The notes: generated by a model from the sequence alone, not told the origin. DNA of 64,000 bases from an uncultured delta proteobacterium (GCA_963755705.1 CAVWKW010000001.1:12777-76776); one strand, 5' to 3'; numbered from the stretch's first letter, positions 39,991 through 49,864 are shown. Program-made: numbers and translations.

Positions 39991-40520
39991 TTATTCGCTC
40001 AAGAGTTTTCCGGTTATTCCTTGATGACCCGCTTGTTGTACCGCATTGGTGCTAATCCAGTCCCTGACGCTGCCCTGGCTCAGTGGGAGTCCTTCCGCAA
40101 CAAAATCGACCTCTTTGTCGCTTACAATCTGGAACGAATACTCAGTTCGCGCGGTTCGGCCTTCCTTTGGAACAGTGAAAATCACGGCAGTTCCTTTCCC
40201 GTCGCTATCATGACGTACGTGCCATTCACCGAATCCAGTTCCCCGAGATAGATTTGCTGGCCGCGAATGCCTCGGTGCGTATCGAACTCGATCTCGCCGG
40301 AGCCAAGTTGGGGGCCGCCGCCGAACTTCGCATAGGACGCAAGAGTCGAGGTGATTTTCCACTTCTCAACCAGATCCGAGTTCGAGTAAGTCCGCGGCGA
40401 ATTGTTCGCCGCCGTGCACCGGCTCAAGGAAATAGCTGAGATGAACAAAACGCAATTGAGGTAGTTCAGACAGGACAATGGTTTCAGGTCCGGACCGCTA
40501 AACGCAATTCGATCGCTCAA
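39991..40520 (-). pseudogene. Exported hypothetical protein split by a 1-bp frameshift near 40208
   Basis: ORF 40182-40520 (..VNGTYVM) continues in the frame of ORF 39991-40362 (SDGKGTAVIFTV..); adding one base gives GTYVMNSDGKGT. Confidence 0.55.
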
Positions 40521-40539
40521 TCAAAAATGCGCGGAAGCC

Positions 40540-40782
40540 TTAGAGATCTTCGAGATCGACGAAGCCCTCTTTTTTACCGCGTTCGATCGCTTCGTCGATC
40601 AACGCCCAGAAGCGCTTGTTCCTGGATAGCGCCAGAGCTTCGAGATCAGTGTCTTCGGTGACTGGTACGAGCGCGGCGCACGGCCGGCCGTTTTTGGTAA
40701 TCACGACGGAGCCGCTTTTTGGAAGCTCCTTGATGTAGCGGCTGAAGCGCGTTTTGACTTCCCGGATACTTTCAATCTTCAT
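40540..40782 (-). CDS. Phd/YefM family antitoxin
   Basis: SIREVKTRFS..VVITKNGRPCAALVP. Confidence 0.9.
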   Translation of the reverse strand: MKIESIREVKTRFSRYIKELPKSGSVVITKNGRPCAALVPVTEDTDLEALALSRNKRFWALIDEAIERGKKEGFVDLEDL

Positions 40783-41078
40783 AATGTCACCTTGGCGCCG
40801 GCGATATAGAGCTGGTTACCGCGCTTGCGCCCGATCGCGTCAACTAGCACCTGGCGGTCTACCACGCGATAAAAGACCCGCAGATCGGCGTCACGAAACT
40901 CAAACTCGAACTGCCCTGCGGGGCGGCGTAAGCGGAAGCGGTTTTTGCTCTCGCGCGTGGCGTCGTCCTGGCCCAAAGAAGCCTGCATCGCGGCCTTGAG
41001 GCGGGAGCGTTCGGCCGCGCCAAGCGTCTTGAACTGCTTGATCGCATCGGGACCTAGCCTTACCGCACGCCTCGGCAT
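40779..41078 (-). CDS. RelE/ParE family toxin
   Basis: A.KQFK.L, EFRDADLRVFYRV..V.V.AIGRK; 4-bp overlap with the antitoxin. Confidence 0.85.
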   Translation of the reverse strand: MPRRAVRLGPDAIKQFKTLGAAERSRLKAAMQASLGQDDATRESKNRFRLRRPAGQFEFEFRDADLRVFYRVVDRQVLVDAIGRKRGNQLYIAGAKVTL

Positions 41079-41273
41079 CTAAATCAAATGTAGTTCAAAT
41101 TGTGGCCACATGCAACTTATCGTATCCCGCAGCGGTGCAGCGACCCTCTTTGAACGCGGACTCGTCGGGACGGCATCTGCATCTCTGTCATGGAACTCGG
41201 TTGCATCAGCTGCGATGTGGTACTCTAATGATGCGGCGTTTGGGAAAGCGCCGCGACGTAATCTCGAATCTTC

Positions 41274-41402
41274 GCTGCCCGCCGCTGATAGCCGGGTCCT
41301 GCGCAAGGGAAGGCCGCGAACCCCGCCAGGTCCGGAAGGAAGCAACGGTACCGGCTGTCTCCCTGTGCCGCAGGGGTGCCTGGCTATCATTCGGCGGGCA
41401 GC
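41274..41402 (+). ncRNA. ffs: Signal recognition particle RNA
   Basis: Helix-8 core CCAGGTCCGGAAGGAAGCAACGG inside a long stem (41274-41284 pairs with 41392-41402); conserved position upstream of dnaX. Confidence 0.92.
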
Positions 41403-41494
41403 TTCACTAACAGGGTGCGGAAAAATCTCTATGCCGCTACAACCGCTTCCGCACCGCGAGAAAAAAGCTGGCTGCTTTCCTGATTGATCGCACG

Positions 41495-43483
41495 ATGGCT
41501 CAAGCTCCGCATCTGGTTCTCGCGCGCAAATGGCGCCCCGATCGCTTCGGCGACCTGGTCGGCCAGGAGCACGTTACCCGCACGCTCTCCGAGGCGCTTA
41601 AGCGCGGCCGGATCGCGCACGCGTTCCTGTTCACCGGAATTCGCGGAGTCGGCAAAACCACCGCCGCGAGAATCCTTGCGCGATGCCTAAATTGCGAGCG
41701 CGGCCCCACCGCAGATCCGTGCGGCGAATGCGCCGCATGCGTCGAGATTCGCGCTGGACGCTCGCTCGATGTCAGCGAGATCGACGGCGCGACCTACCGC
41801 AAGATTGACGACGCCCGCGCGATTATTGAAAACCTGAGCTACCGTCCCGCGCGCGACCGCTTCAAGATCTACATTATCGACGAAGCCCATCAGCTAACCG
41901 ACCAAGCCTTCAACGCGCTGCTGAAAACCCTCGAAGAGCCGCCCGCCCACGTCAAGTTCATCCTCGCGACGACCGAGCCGCAGAAGATGCCCGAGACGAT
42001 CCTGTCGCGGCTGCAGCGCTACGACTTCCGCCGGATTCCGTTCGCGACAATCTACGAACGCCTGCACGATCTCGCCGCGCGCGAAAAGATCGACGCCGAA
42101 GAGACCGCCCTGCGATTGCTCGCGCGCGAGGCCGGCGGCTCGATGCGCGACGCCGAGCGGATGCTCGAGACCGCGATTGCATCCGCGCCGGAGGGCCGCG
42201 TCAGCGAGGCCGAGGTCGCATCGTCGCTGGGCGTTGCCTCGCGCACGATCGTGTTTGGAATTGTCGAATCGATCCTCGAACGCAAGGCCGCGCCCGCCCT
42301 GCGCGCGATGCGGGAGCTGTCGGCGCGCGGCGCGAACCTGGAATCGCTCGGACGCGACCTGCTCGAGACGCTGCGCAATCTCGCCGTCGCCAAGCTTCCG
42401 GCCGACGGTGGCCAGAGCCCGCTGGATGATATTCCCGACAACGAGGCGCAGGAGCTCAAGCGCTTGGCGGCTCTAACCTCGAACCGCGACCTGATGCGCC
42501 TGTTTCGCCTGATGGCCTCGACGCAGGAAGAGATCATCCAATCGCCGTATCCGGATTTGCTGCTCGAGATGGCGATCGTGCGGATGGCGTCGCTCGCGCT
42601 GGTTGTCGATATGGACGAACTACTCGGTACGATCGCGGCGCGCGGCGGCGCGTCGTCGTCAGGAACTACTTCTGGATCATCCTCCACCGGTTCTTCCGGT
42701 GACGTACCGCGCCCGCCGGTTGCCCCTGATCCGGGACCGGCTGCGGGGTCGCGCAAGCTGCGAGTCGAAGGCGAAGTCAAAGCCGCAGCTCCAATCCGCG
42801 CCGCACAGCCGAGCGCGCCGAGTGCCGGAATCATGCCGCTTCCTGGAGCGCCGGTCGCGCCGTCGGCATCGCGCGAGATGCCGGAGCTGCGCGAACATAT
42901 CAAGTCGCGGCGCGCGGCGTTGGCTGGATTCATGGAGCAGGGCGCCGCCCTCTCGCTTGCGGGCGATGTGCTGTCGATCGCGCCGAAGAGCGATATCTAC
43001 GTTCGTTATCTCGCGGATAATCGCGCCGTGATCGCGGAGCTCTCGTCGGATTTTTTTGGCCGCCCGATTCGCGCCGAGATCGTCGCCGCGAACCTTGCCA
43101 CGCCGCCACCGGCCAAGGCTGAAGCTCCGATCGCCGCTGCGCCGAGGGATAGCAACGGTATCGCCGATAGCCGCATTCCTTCCGGGAATGCTGCGCGCGA
43201 GGACGCGCGGCCGGTCGCGGAGGTAAGCCCAAATCCTGCTGCCAAACCGGCCGCAAATGCCGCCGCATCGCAGACCACGCGCCGCGTCTCTACCTCACCC
43301 GAGGAGCGCGCCGCACTTTTCGCCGACCCTGTAGTCGAGCGTATCTTCGACACGCTCGAGGCGCGCCTGGTCGAGGTTCGCGCACCCGTCGCCATAGCGC
43401 CAATCGGGGCTGCCGAAGTACCTGGCGCATACGAGGATTCTCCCGAAGAAATTCCAAATGATGATGCCGAGCCGCGCGATTGA
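41495..43483 (+). CDS. dnaX: DNA polymerase III subunit gamma/tau
   Basis: LARKWRP, GIRGVGKTT, Zn Cys cluster, IIDEAH, NALLKTLEEPP, GSMRDA. Confidence 0.97.
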   Translation: MAQAPHLVLARKWRPDRFGDLVGQEHVTRTLSEALKRGRIAHAFLFTGIRGVGKTTAARILARCLNCERGPTADPCGECAACVEIRAGRSLDVSEIDGATYRKIDDARAIIENLSYRPARDRFKIYIIDEAHQLTDQAFNALLKTLEEPPAHVKFILATTEPQKMPETILSRLQRYDFRRIPFATIYERLHDLAAREKIDAEETALRLLAREAGGSMRDAERMLETAIASAPEGRVSEAEVASSLGVASRTIVFGIVESILERKAAPALRAMRELSARGANLESLGRDLLETLRNLAVAKLPADGGQSPLDDIPDNEAQELKRLAALTSNRDLMRLFRLMASTQEEIIQSPYPDLLLEMAIVRMASLALVVDMDELLGTIAARGGASSSGTTSGSSSTGSSGDVPRPPVAPDPGPAAGSRKLRVEGEVKAAAPIRAAQPSAPSAGIMPLPGAPVAPSASREMPELREHIKSRRAALAGFMEQGAALSLAGDVLSIAPKSDIYVRYLADNRAVIAELSSDFFGRPIRAEIVAANLATPPPAKAEAPIAAAPRDSNGIADSRIPSGNAAREDARPVAEVSPNPAAKPAANAAASQTTRRVSTSPEERAALFADPVVERIFDTLEARLVEVRAPVAIAPIGAAEVPGAYEDSPEEIPNDDAEPRD

Positions 43484-43530
43484 CCGCCGTTTGTGTCGAT
43501 TCCATCAATCGCGGCCGAGGAGCAACTAAA

Positions 43531-43860
43531 TTGGCAGAACTCGATCTATCAGCATTGATGAAACAGGCTGCGGCGCTGCAGGACAAGCTGAAGGACATGC
43601 AGGCCGAGGCGGCCGAGCGTATCGTCACCGCGGAGTCGGGCGGTGGGATGATCCGCGCGACCGTCAACGGCGCGATGCGCGTGCGCAAAATCGAAATCGA
43701 CGCCTCGCTGCTCGCCGACAACGACAAGGCGATGCTCGAAGACCTGATCGTCGTAGCGGTTAACGAAGGACTAAGACGCGCGCAAGAGATGGTCGCCGAA
43801 GAGATGGCCAAGCTCGGCCCGGTTGGCGGACTTAAATTTCCCGGCTTTGGAAACGACTGA
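43531..43860 (+). CDS. ybaB: YbaB/EbfC nucleoid-associated protein
   Basis: LMKQA, ESGGGMI, MLEDLIVVAVNE; TTG start after GAGGAG; lies between dnaX and recR. Confidence 0.93.
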   Translation: MAELDLSALMKQAAALQDKLKDMQAEAAERIVTAESGGGMIRATVNGAMRVRKIEIDASLLADNDKAMLEDLIVVAVNEGLRRAQEMVAEEMAKLGPVGGLKFPGFGND

Positions 43861-43870
43861 TTAATCAGCG

Positions 43871-44497
43871 ATGGCGACCGACAATCTCAAACGCGGCGAC
43901 GGACTTCCGCCCGCGATGACCCGGCTGGTGAAGGAACTCTCGCGCCTGCCCGGAATCGGAGAAAAGACAGCCTCGCGCCTCGCTTTCAACCTGCTCAACC
44001 GGCCCCGAGACCAGGTGATCGCGCTGGCTGAGTCGCTGCTCGAAATGAAAGAGCGCGTGGGACTCTGCGACCAATGCTACGGCCTGTCGGATAATCCGCG
44101 ATGCCAGATCTGCGACGATCCCGCGCGCGAGCGGGACATGATTTGCGTGGTTGAAGGACCCGCTGACCTGATGGCGATCGAGCGCGCGCGCAGCTTCAGC
44201 GGCGTCTATCACGTACTGCACGGCGCAATCGCGCCGCTGGACGGAATCGGACCCGACGACGTGAAGCTGAAGGAATTGATCGCACGCGTCAGCCCACCCG
44301 CCACCGTGCGCGAGGTGATTATCGCAACCAATGCAACCGTCGAGGGCGAAGCGACCGCGCTCTACATCGCCAAGACGCTCCGCCCGCTCGGCGTCAAAGC
44401 AACCCGCCTCGCCCGCGGCCTCCCAGCAGGCGGCGACCTCGAATACAGCGACTCCGCCACCCTGACCAGCGCGCTCTCCGGCCGCCGCGAGCTATAG
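43871..44497 (+). CDS. recR: Recombination mediator RecR
   Basis: LPGIGEKTA, C4 Zn finger, ICVVE, YHVLHG, TVEGEATA. Confidence 0.97.
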   Translation: MATDNLKRGDGLPPAMTRLVKELSRLPGIGEKTASRLAFNLLNRPRDQVIALAESLLEMKERVGLCDQCYGLSDNPRCQICDDPARERDMICVVEGPADLMAIERARSFSGVYHVLHGAIAPLDGIGPDDVKLKELIARVSPPATVREVIIATNATVEGEATALYIAKTLRPLGVKATRLARGLPAGGDLEYSDSATLTSALSGRREL

Positions 44498-44543
44498 AAT
44501 TTTCCGGCTGGCCCGAGAGGCTTTCGCTCGTCCCGGCGTTCAA

Positions 44544-45782
44544 TCAATTTCCGAAATCCCAGCTCTCTCCGTTGTGATACCGCGAGAGAATGTTTTTCGC
44601 GATCAGGATCCTGTGGACCTCGTCCGGCCCGTCCGCGAGCCGCAATGTGCGGGCTCCCTGATACATGCTGGCAAGCGGCAAATCGCCCGAAACGCCCGCT
44701 GCGCCCCATACCTGGATCGCGCGGTCTACCACCCGCTCGTAAGCTGCCGGGACGAAGACCTTGATCGCCGAGATGTCCGTGCGCGGATCGGCGCCGCTGT
44801 CCATGCGCTCGGCGCAGTGGATCGTCATCAAGCGCGCCGCCTGGATATCGATATAGGAATCGGCGATGAAGCCCTGGATGAACTGCTTGGTCTCGAGCTT
44901 GCCGCCATGCACTTCGCGCGTCGTGGCGCGCTCGACCGTCAAGTCGAAGGCCCGCCACATCTGACCGATCGAGTTCATGCAGTGATAAACGCGTCCCGCG
45001 CCGAGGCGATCCTGCGCGGCCTGATGGCCCGAGCCTGCCTGGCCGAGCTGGTTGCTCAGCGGCACATGCACGTCGTCGTAAACGATCTCACAGTGGTCGC
45101 TCGCATGGCCCCAGACCTCGACGCCGCGGACGATACGAAGGCCGGGAGTATTCTTGGGCACGATAATCTGGGTCATGCGGCCGTTGTCCGCGCCTTTCCC
45201 TTCGGTTCGGCACATCACGATCAGGAAGTCCGCGCGAAATCCGTTTGAGGTAAACCATTTGTGTCCGTTGATTACCCACTGGTCGCCCTCCCGGCGCGCC
45301 GTGGTCTTGATCGAACGCGGATCGGAGCCGGCCGAATCGGGCTCGGTCATCGAGAAGCCGGATTCCATCTTGCCCTCGGTCAGCGGCACCAGCCACTTCC
45401 GCTTCTGCTCTTCGGTTCCGTACTTGAGCAGGATTTGCTGGTTGCCGGAGTTGGGCGCGACTACGCCGAACAGCGCCGCCGCTCCCATGCTGTAAGCCAG
45501 CACCTCGTTCATGTACGCGTGCTCGAGGAAGCCCAGACCGGCGCCGCCGTACTCCGGCGGAAGATGCGGCGCCCACAGGCCCGCCTGCTTCACCTTCGCC
45601 TTGATTGATTCCCGCAATTCACGAGCGTTGCGCCGCTCTTCATCCGTCGCGCCGGCGCGATATCCGGCCCACAGCTTGCGTTCGTTGGGGAGGATATCTC
45701 CGTTGACGATCCGCGCCGTAAGCGCGCGGATTTCGTTGATCCGGGGGTCGAGCGATGGGATAGGTTTCACGTTCATATTCAT
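44544..45782 (-). CDS. Acyl-CoA dehydrogenase
   Basis: FSMTEPD..SD, INGHKWF, AQDRLGAGR, RLADGPDEVH. Confidence 0.93.
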   Translation of the reverse strand: MNMNVKPIPSLDPRINEIRALTARIVNGDILPNERKLWAGYRAGATDEERRNARELRESIKAKVKQAGLWAPHLPPEYGGAGLGFLEHAYMNEVLAYSMGAAALFGVVAPNSGNQQILLKYGTEEQKRKWLVPLTEGKMESGFSMTEPDSAGSDPRSIKTTARREGDQWVINGHKWFTSNGFRADFLIVMCRTEGKGADNGRMTQIIVPKNTPGLRIVRGVEVWGHASDHCEIVYDDVHVPLSNQLGQAGSGHQAAQDRLGAGRVYHCMNSIGQMWRAFDLTVERATTREVHGGKLETKQFIQGFIADSYIDIQAARLMTIHCAERMDSGADPRTDISAIKVFVPAAYERVVDRAIQVWGAAGVSGDLPLASMYQGARTLRLADGPDEVHRILIAKNILSRYHNGESWDFGN

Positions 45783-45906
45783 GTGTGGCGTCCTCTATGG
45801 GGCAAAGCGTAGCACGGCAACCGCAATCAATTTAATCCTCTACCATTGGATCAAATTGACGGGCCGCACAATCGGGCGATCCTCTGCACGCATCCGGTGA
45901 CGTCGT

Positions 45907-46584
45907 TCACCAGACGAGCGGAACCAGGCGATATGTCACCTTGGTTCGATATTCTGAATAGCCCGGCAGGCTCTGCGCCAGAAATTTCTCTTCCTCGAGC
46001 AGCCTCCATACGATCACGATCGTGATCGGAATCACCATCAGCAATCCCCACCACGAGCCGAGCGCGAGGGGCACGCCGAACAGCATTATCAGCGCGCCTG
46101 AGTACATCGGATGGCGCACGACCGAATAGGGTCCGGTCGAAACGACCTTCTGCCCGGTATCAACTTCGATAGTCGCTGATGCGAACGTGTTTTCCTTGAA
46201 CACGAAGAAAACGATCAGAAATCCAAAGGCGACCAGCGCATCCCCGATCAGCGCAATGTACGTTGGCACCGCCGACCATCCGAAGCGGTGATCGAACGCG
46301 GGAAAGAGGAGGATCGCGAAAAATGATATGAAGGCGACGAACTGTATGATCTGCTGGCGGGTCTGTTTTTCCGAGCGCGGACCCGCGTAAACCCTTCGCT
46401 CCAGCAGCTTCGGATCGTGCTTCATCAGGTACGCGGTGATCGCGAGCGAGGCGCCTGCGAATATCGCCAGGAAGATCCACGCCTGCCAGTAGTCGATCGT
46501 CCAGGCGGCAAGGAACACCGCGCCCGCCAGCACCGGCAGAAAGCTTCCGAGCTTGCCCAGGGCTTTGCGGTTGAGATCATTCAT
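45907..46584 (-). CDS. Isoprenylcysteine carboxylmethyltransferase family membrane protein
   Basis: STGPYSVVRHPMY, RLLEEEKFL, YRLVP. Confidence 0.9.
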   Translation of the reverse strand: MNDLNRKALGKLGSFLPVLAGAVFLAAWTIDYWQAWIFLAIFAGASLAITAYLMKHDPKLLERRVYAGPRSEKQTRQQIIQFVAFISFFAILLFPAFDHRFGWSAVPTYIALIGDALVAFGFLIVFFVFKENTFASATIEVDTGQKVVSTGPYSVVRHPMYSGALIMLFGVPLALGSWWGLLMVIPITIVIVWRLLEEEKFLAQSLPGYSEYRTKVTYRLVPLVW

Positions 46585-46650
46585 GGGTTGGCTCCGAAGG
46601 GGGTGGACCGGGTTGACATGGTTTGCAATCTACACTATTTTCACAACATT

Positions 46651-47142
46651 GTGAAGGTTACGAAATATGACCGGGAGGCGCGCTCCGGATTTGTCGAGCG
46701 CTTCGCCTCGGTCCTGGCGCAATCCGGCTTTCCCCGGATGCCGGCGCGCGTGTTCGCCGCCCTGCTCGCATCGGAACCCGGACGCCTGACCGCCGCCGAG
46801 CTGACCGCGATGCTGCAAGTCAGCCCCGCCGCGATCTCGGGCGCGATGCGCTACCTGGTCCAGGTCAACCTCGCCAGCCGCGAAACCGCACCCGGTTCGC
46901 GCCGCGAGCATTACCGCGTCCACAGCGAGGTCTGGTACGAGGCGATCGCACGCAAGGATCAGGTGCTCGACCGCGTCGAGGCCAGTCTGCGCGACGGCGT
47001 CGAGATCGTCGGGCGCCACACCGCCGCCGGCGCGCGGATCGCACAGACGCTCGCCTTCTTCGAGTTCATGCAGCAGGAGCTGCCGGCGATGCTCGAGAAG
47101 TGGCGTGCGCGCAAGGCTGGCGGCTGGCGCGAACGTCGATGA
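46651..47142 (+). CDS. GbsR/MarR family transcriptional regulator
   Basis: GFPRMPARVFAALL, LQVSPAAISGAMRYL, PGSRREHY; start uncertain. Confidence 0.87.
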   Translation: MKVTKYDREARSGFVERFASVLAQSGFPRMPARVFAALLASEPGRLTAAELTAMLQVSPAAISGAMRYLVQVNLASRETAPGSRREHYRVHSEVWYEAIARKDQVLDRVEASLRDGVEIVGRHTAAGARIAQTLAFFEFMQQELPAMLEKWRARKAGGWRERR

Positions 47143-47480
47143 TGCGAATTTCTTCGGGCACGATCGCTGCGATCATAGCTGCCCTGGCACTCGCGGCATG
47201 CGGCAAGACCAGGCCACCCGATGCGGTCGAACGCGGGCGCCTGGTGTACGTGACGCACTGCATTGTCTGCCACAATTCGGACCCGAACCTCGACGGCGCG
47301 CAGGGCCCCGCGATCGCAGGCTCTTCCAGCGAGTTGCTCGCGGACCGGACGCTGCGTCTCACCTATCCGTCCGGCTACAGGCCCAAGCGCACGACCCACA
47401 ACATGCGCGCGATAACCGATCTGACGCCCGCGCAGATCGATGATCTCACTGCCTATCTGCGCGCGGTCGCAAAGCCCTGA
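47139..47480 (+). CDS. Monoheme cytochrome c lipoprotein
   Basis: Lipobox LAAC, CIVCH, distal Met in THNM; ATGA overlap with the regulator. Confidence 0.85.
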   Translation: MMRISSGTIAAIIAALALAACGKTRPPDAVERGRLVYVTHCIVCHNSDPNLDGAQGPAIAGSSSELLADRTLRLTYPSGYRPKRTTHNMRAITDLTPAQIDDLTAYLRAVAKP

Positions 47481-47644
47481 GACCGCCGCGCGGGGAAACT
47501 TGCTTGCAAGCTGAAAACTGCGAGCGGTAGAATGACTTAAGGAAAGTCCCGGTTTCCCGAGGCTTTTGCGCTCAAAATTCTTCTTTAGACCACATGACCG
47601 ATCGATTCGATTCGATCCCGGTCAGAAAAGGACGGTGTCGTAAA

Positions 47645-48226
47645 ATGGCTTTCGAACTTCCCAAGCTGCCATACGCGATGGACGCGCTTAAGCCGAATAT
47701 CTCGGCCGAAACGCTCGAGTACCATTACGGAAAGCATCACGCGGCCTACGTGACCAACCTGAACAACCTGGTCAAGGGGACGCCCAACGAGCACAAATCG
47801 GTCGAAGAGATTATCAAGAGCGCGCCGGCCGGCGGCCTGTTCAACAACGCGGCCCAGCATTTCAATCATAGCTTCTACTGGAAGTCGCTCGCGCCGCACG
47901 CGGGCGGAGAGGCCAAAGGCCCGGTGGCCGACGCGATCAAAAAAGCGTTCGGCAGCTTTGACGATTTCAAGAAGAAGTTCAGCGAGACGGCCACCACCCA
48001 TTTCGGCAGCGGATGGGCGTGGCTGGTGAAAAGCGCCGACGGCGGAGTCGCGATCGAAGCGACTCACGACGCCGGCTGCCCAATCAAGGATGGCAAGAAG
48101 CCGATCCTAACCTGCGACGTGTGGGAGCACGCGTACTACATCGACTATCGCAACGCGCGCGCGAAATACGTCGAGGCGTTCTGGAATCTCGTCAACTGGG
48201 AATTCGCAAACGAAAATCTGAAATAG
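47645..48226 (+). CDS. sodB: Superoxide dismutase (Fe-type)
   Basis: HYGKHH, FNNAAQHFNHSFYW, FGSGWAW, DVWEHAYY. Confidence 0.95.
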   Translation: MAFELPKLPYAMDALKPNISAETLEYHYGKHHAAYVTNLNNLVKGTPNEHKSVEEIIKSAPAGGLFNNAAQHFNHSFYWKSLAPHAGGEAKGPVADAIKKAFGSFDDFKKKFSETATTHFGSGWAWLVKSADGGVAIEATHDAGCPIKDGKKPILTCDVWEHAYYIDYRNARAKYVEAFWNLVNWEFANENLK

Positions 48227-48260
48227 CGCGCCGAGCAAGCCGCGCGCTTTACGATATGCG

Positions 48261-48298
48261 AACGCCGGATTCCTGGAACGGGTCCGGCGTTTCTTTTT
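48261..48298 (+). terminator. Rho-independent terminator after sodB
   Basis: AACGCCGGATTC...GGGTCCGGCGTT stem followed by TCTTTTT. Confidence 0.75.
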
Positions 48299-48320
48299 CG
48301 ATCGAGCGTGAAAACGCGAC

Positions 48321-49169
48321 TCAGATTACGGCTTCGGCGCCCGGATGCAGATGCAGGCGCGAGCGCTCGTGCTCCTCGGACTCGGGAACCAGCAACCGCG
48401 CCGCGATGATCTTGTACACGTCCGCGCTCACCGCCATCCCGACGTGCGAGCAGTGCACTTCGACATTTTCGACCAGCGGCGAGCCACTGCGATCGATGCA
48501 GCTATCCCAATGCACGATCCCGTCAGTCCGCGAGTAGAGAACGGTCGTCGGAACCAACGTCGGTGCCGTGTCCGAGATCGAGAGACCGCAAGAACAGTTC
48601 TCGCTGAGGCATCCCTCGGCCCGTCCGCGCCAGGCGGCGATCGAACTGGCAACGGCCTGCACCGCGCGGTTGGCCGCGTCGCGCGGCCGCCTGATCGGCG
48701 AGCCCATCGTGATTACGCGTTCGACCAGTTCCGGATAGCGACGCCCGATCTCGCGCGCGTAAATTCCGCCCAAGCTATGCCCAATCACCACGACCGGGCC
48801 GCCGTGGCGCTCGACCACGCGCTCGATTCGCGCGCCGATCAACTCGAGCACCTCGCGCGGACAGCTCGAGTTCGACCAGATTCCCGACATCACCGAGCGA
48901 TGACCCAGAAAACGGCAGAAGTTCGCAAGCGGCGCCAGCGAGATGTCGCCGGCCATGAAGCCGGGAATGAACATGATCGTCTTCCCGTGCCCCGGCACTG
49001 CATGAGGCCATGAATAGGTCAGCGCGTTGAGCCACAGCATCGTGGCTTCCAGCGGCACGCGGAACTCGCCCAGCACATCGAGAATCGAAGGCCGCAGAAC
49101 ATCAGAACGGATATTTGGCAGGACAATCGGCTTTCCAATCGGCGCCGCGGCCATCGGGCTTATTTTCAT
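48321..49169 (-). CDS. Alpha/beta hydrolase (esterase/lipase)
   Basis: IPGFMA, GHSLGG, ITMGSP, YSRTDGIV, SHVGM. Confidence 0.88.
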   Translation of the reverse strand: MKISPMAAAPIGKPIVLPNIRSDVLRPSILDVLGEFRVPLEATMLWLNALTYSWPHAVPGHGKTIMFIPGFMAGDISLAPLANFCRFLGHRSVMSGIWSNSSCPREVLELIGARIERVVERHGGPVVVIGHSLGGIYAREIGRRYPELVERVITMGSPIRRPRDAANRAVQAVASSIAAWRGRAEGCLSENCSCGLSISDTAPTLVPTTVLYSRTDGIVHWDSCIDRSGSPLVENVEVHCSHVGMAVSADVYKIIAARLLVPESEEHERSRLHLHPGAEAVI

Positions 49170-49302
49170 AGTGCCTCGCTCACCTATCTCACCATCGCCT
49201 GCACCATCGCCACGCCCATTGTATTAGACGCAAGTAAGCAAATGTTCAATCCAACGTAACATAGGCGAGATAGACGCCGCCCGGGAAAAAATCAGCTCGC
49301 GG

Positions 49303-49740
49303 CTAAATGCTGAATGAAATGGCCTTCTTTCTATTCTCGGCCAAAGACTGGAGGGTGGTCTGACGCAGGATATTGTTCACGCTTTCGCGCACTTCGCGCC
49401 AAACATCACGCATCGGGCAGGGCTGGTCCTTGGGACAGGTCGCGGCGCCGGCCTCCTCAAGGCATTCGACCGGGCAGTAGTCGCCCTCGATAATCTCGAC
49501 CACGTCGGCCATCGTGATTCGCGAGGGGCTCTTGGCCAGCATGTACCCACCGCTGGGCCCCTTCTGACTCGCGACTAACCCGCCGCGCTTGAGCTCGATC
49601 AGCAGACGCCGAAGGTAATTCTCGGGGACCCCTTGAGTATCGGCGATCTCCTCGACTCGCGTGGGTTGCGAGCCAGGATATCGCTCCGCGAGCATCAGGA
49701 GCGCTTTAAGGGAATAATCAACACCGACGCCAAATTTCAT
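49303..49740 (-). CDS. Rrf2 family regulator (IscR/CymR-like, Cys-ligated Fe-S type)
   Basis: YL..L..L...GLVASQKGPSGGY; C-x8-C-x5-C; divergent from the sulfite reductase. Confidence 0.92.
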   Translation of the reverse strand: MKFGVGVDYSLKALLMLAERYPGSQPTRVEEIADTQGVPENYLRRLLIELKRGGLVASQKGPSGGYMLAKSPSRITMADVVEIIEGDYCPVECLEEAGAATCPKDQPCPMRDVWREVRESVNNILRQTTLQSLAENRKKAISFSI

Positions 49741-49783
49741 AGAATCTACAATAGGTTTCTAACATATCCCGAGAATTCAGGGA

Positions 49784-49833
49784 ATAGTTGACTTGGCTTG
49801 TCATCTAATTAGTTGACTAACATTGTAACCTTA
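49784..49833. promoter_or_regulatory. Tandem IscR type-1-like operator sites
   Basis: TAGTTGACT at 49785 and 49810, 25 bp apart, in the AT-rich divergent promoter. Confidence 0.6.
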
Positions 49834-49864
49834 GTTACTTTTTGATCTCTGGAAGTACCCTCAA

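Noticed and set aside
43049-43060. T7 run in dnaX as a gamma-subunit slippage site
   Set aside because: Shorter than the T9 known from Thermus, located inside the C-terminal domain, and no A-AAA-AAG frameshift motif was seen.
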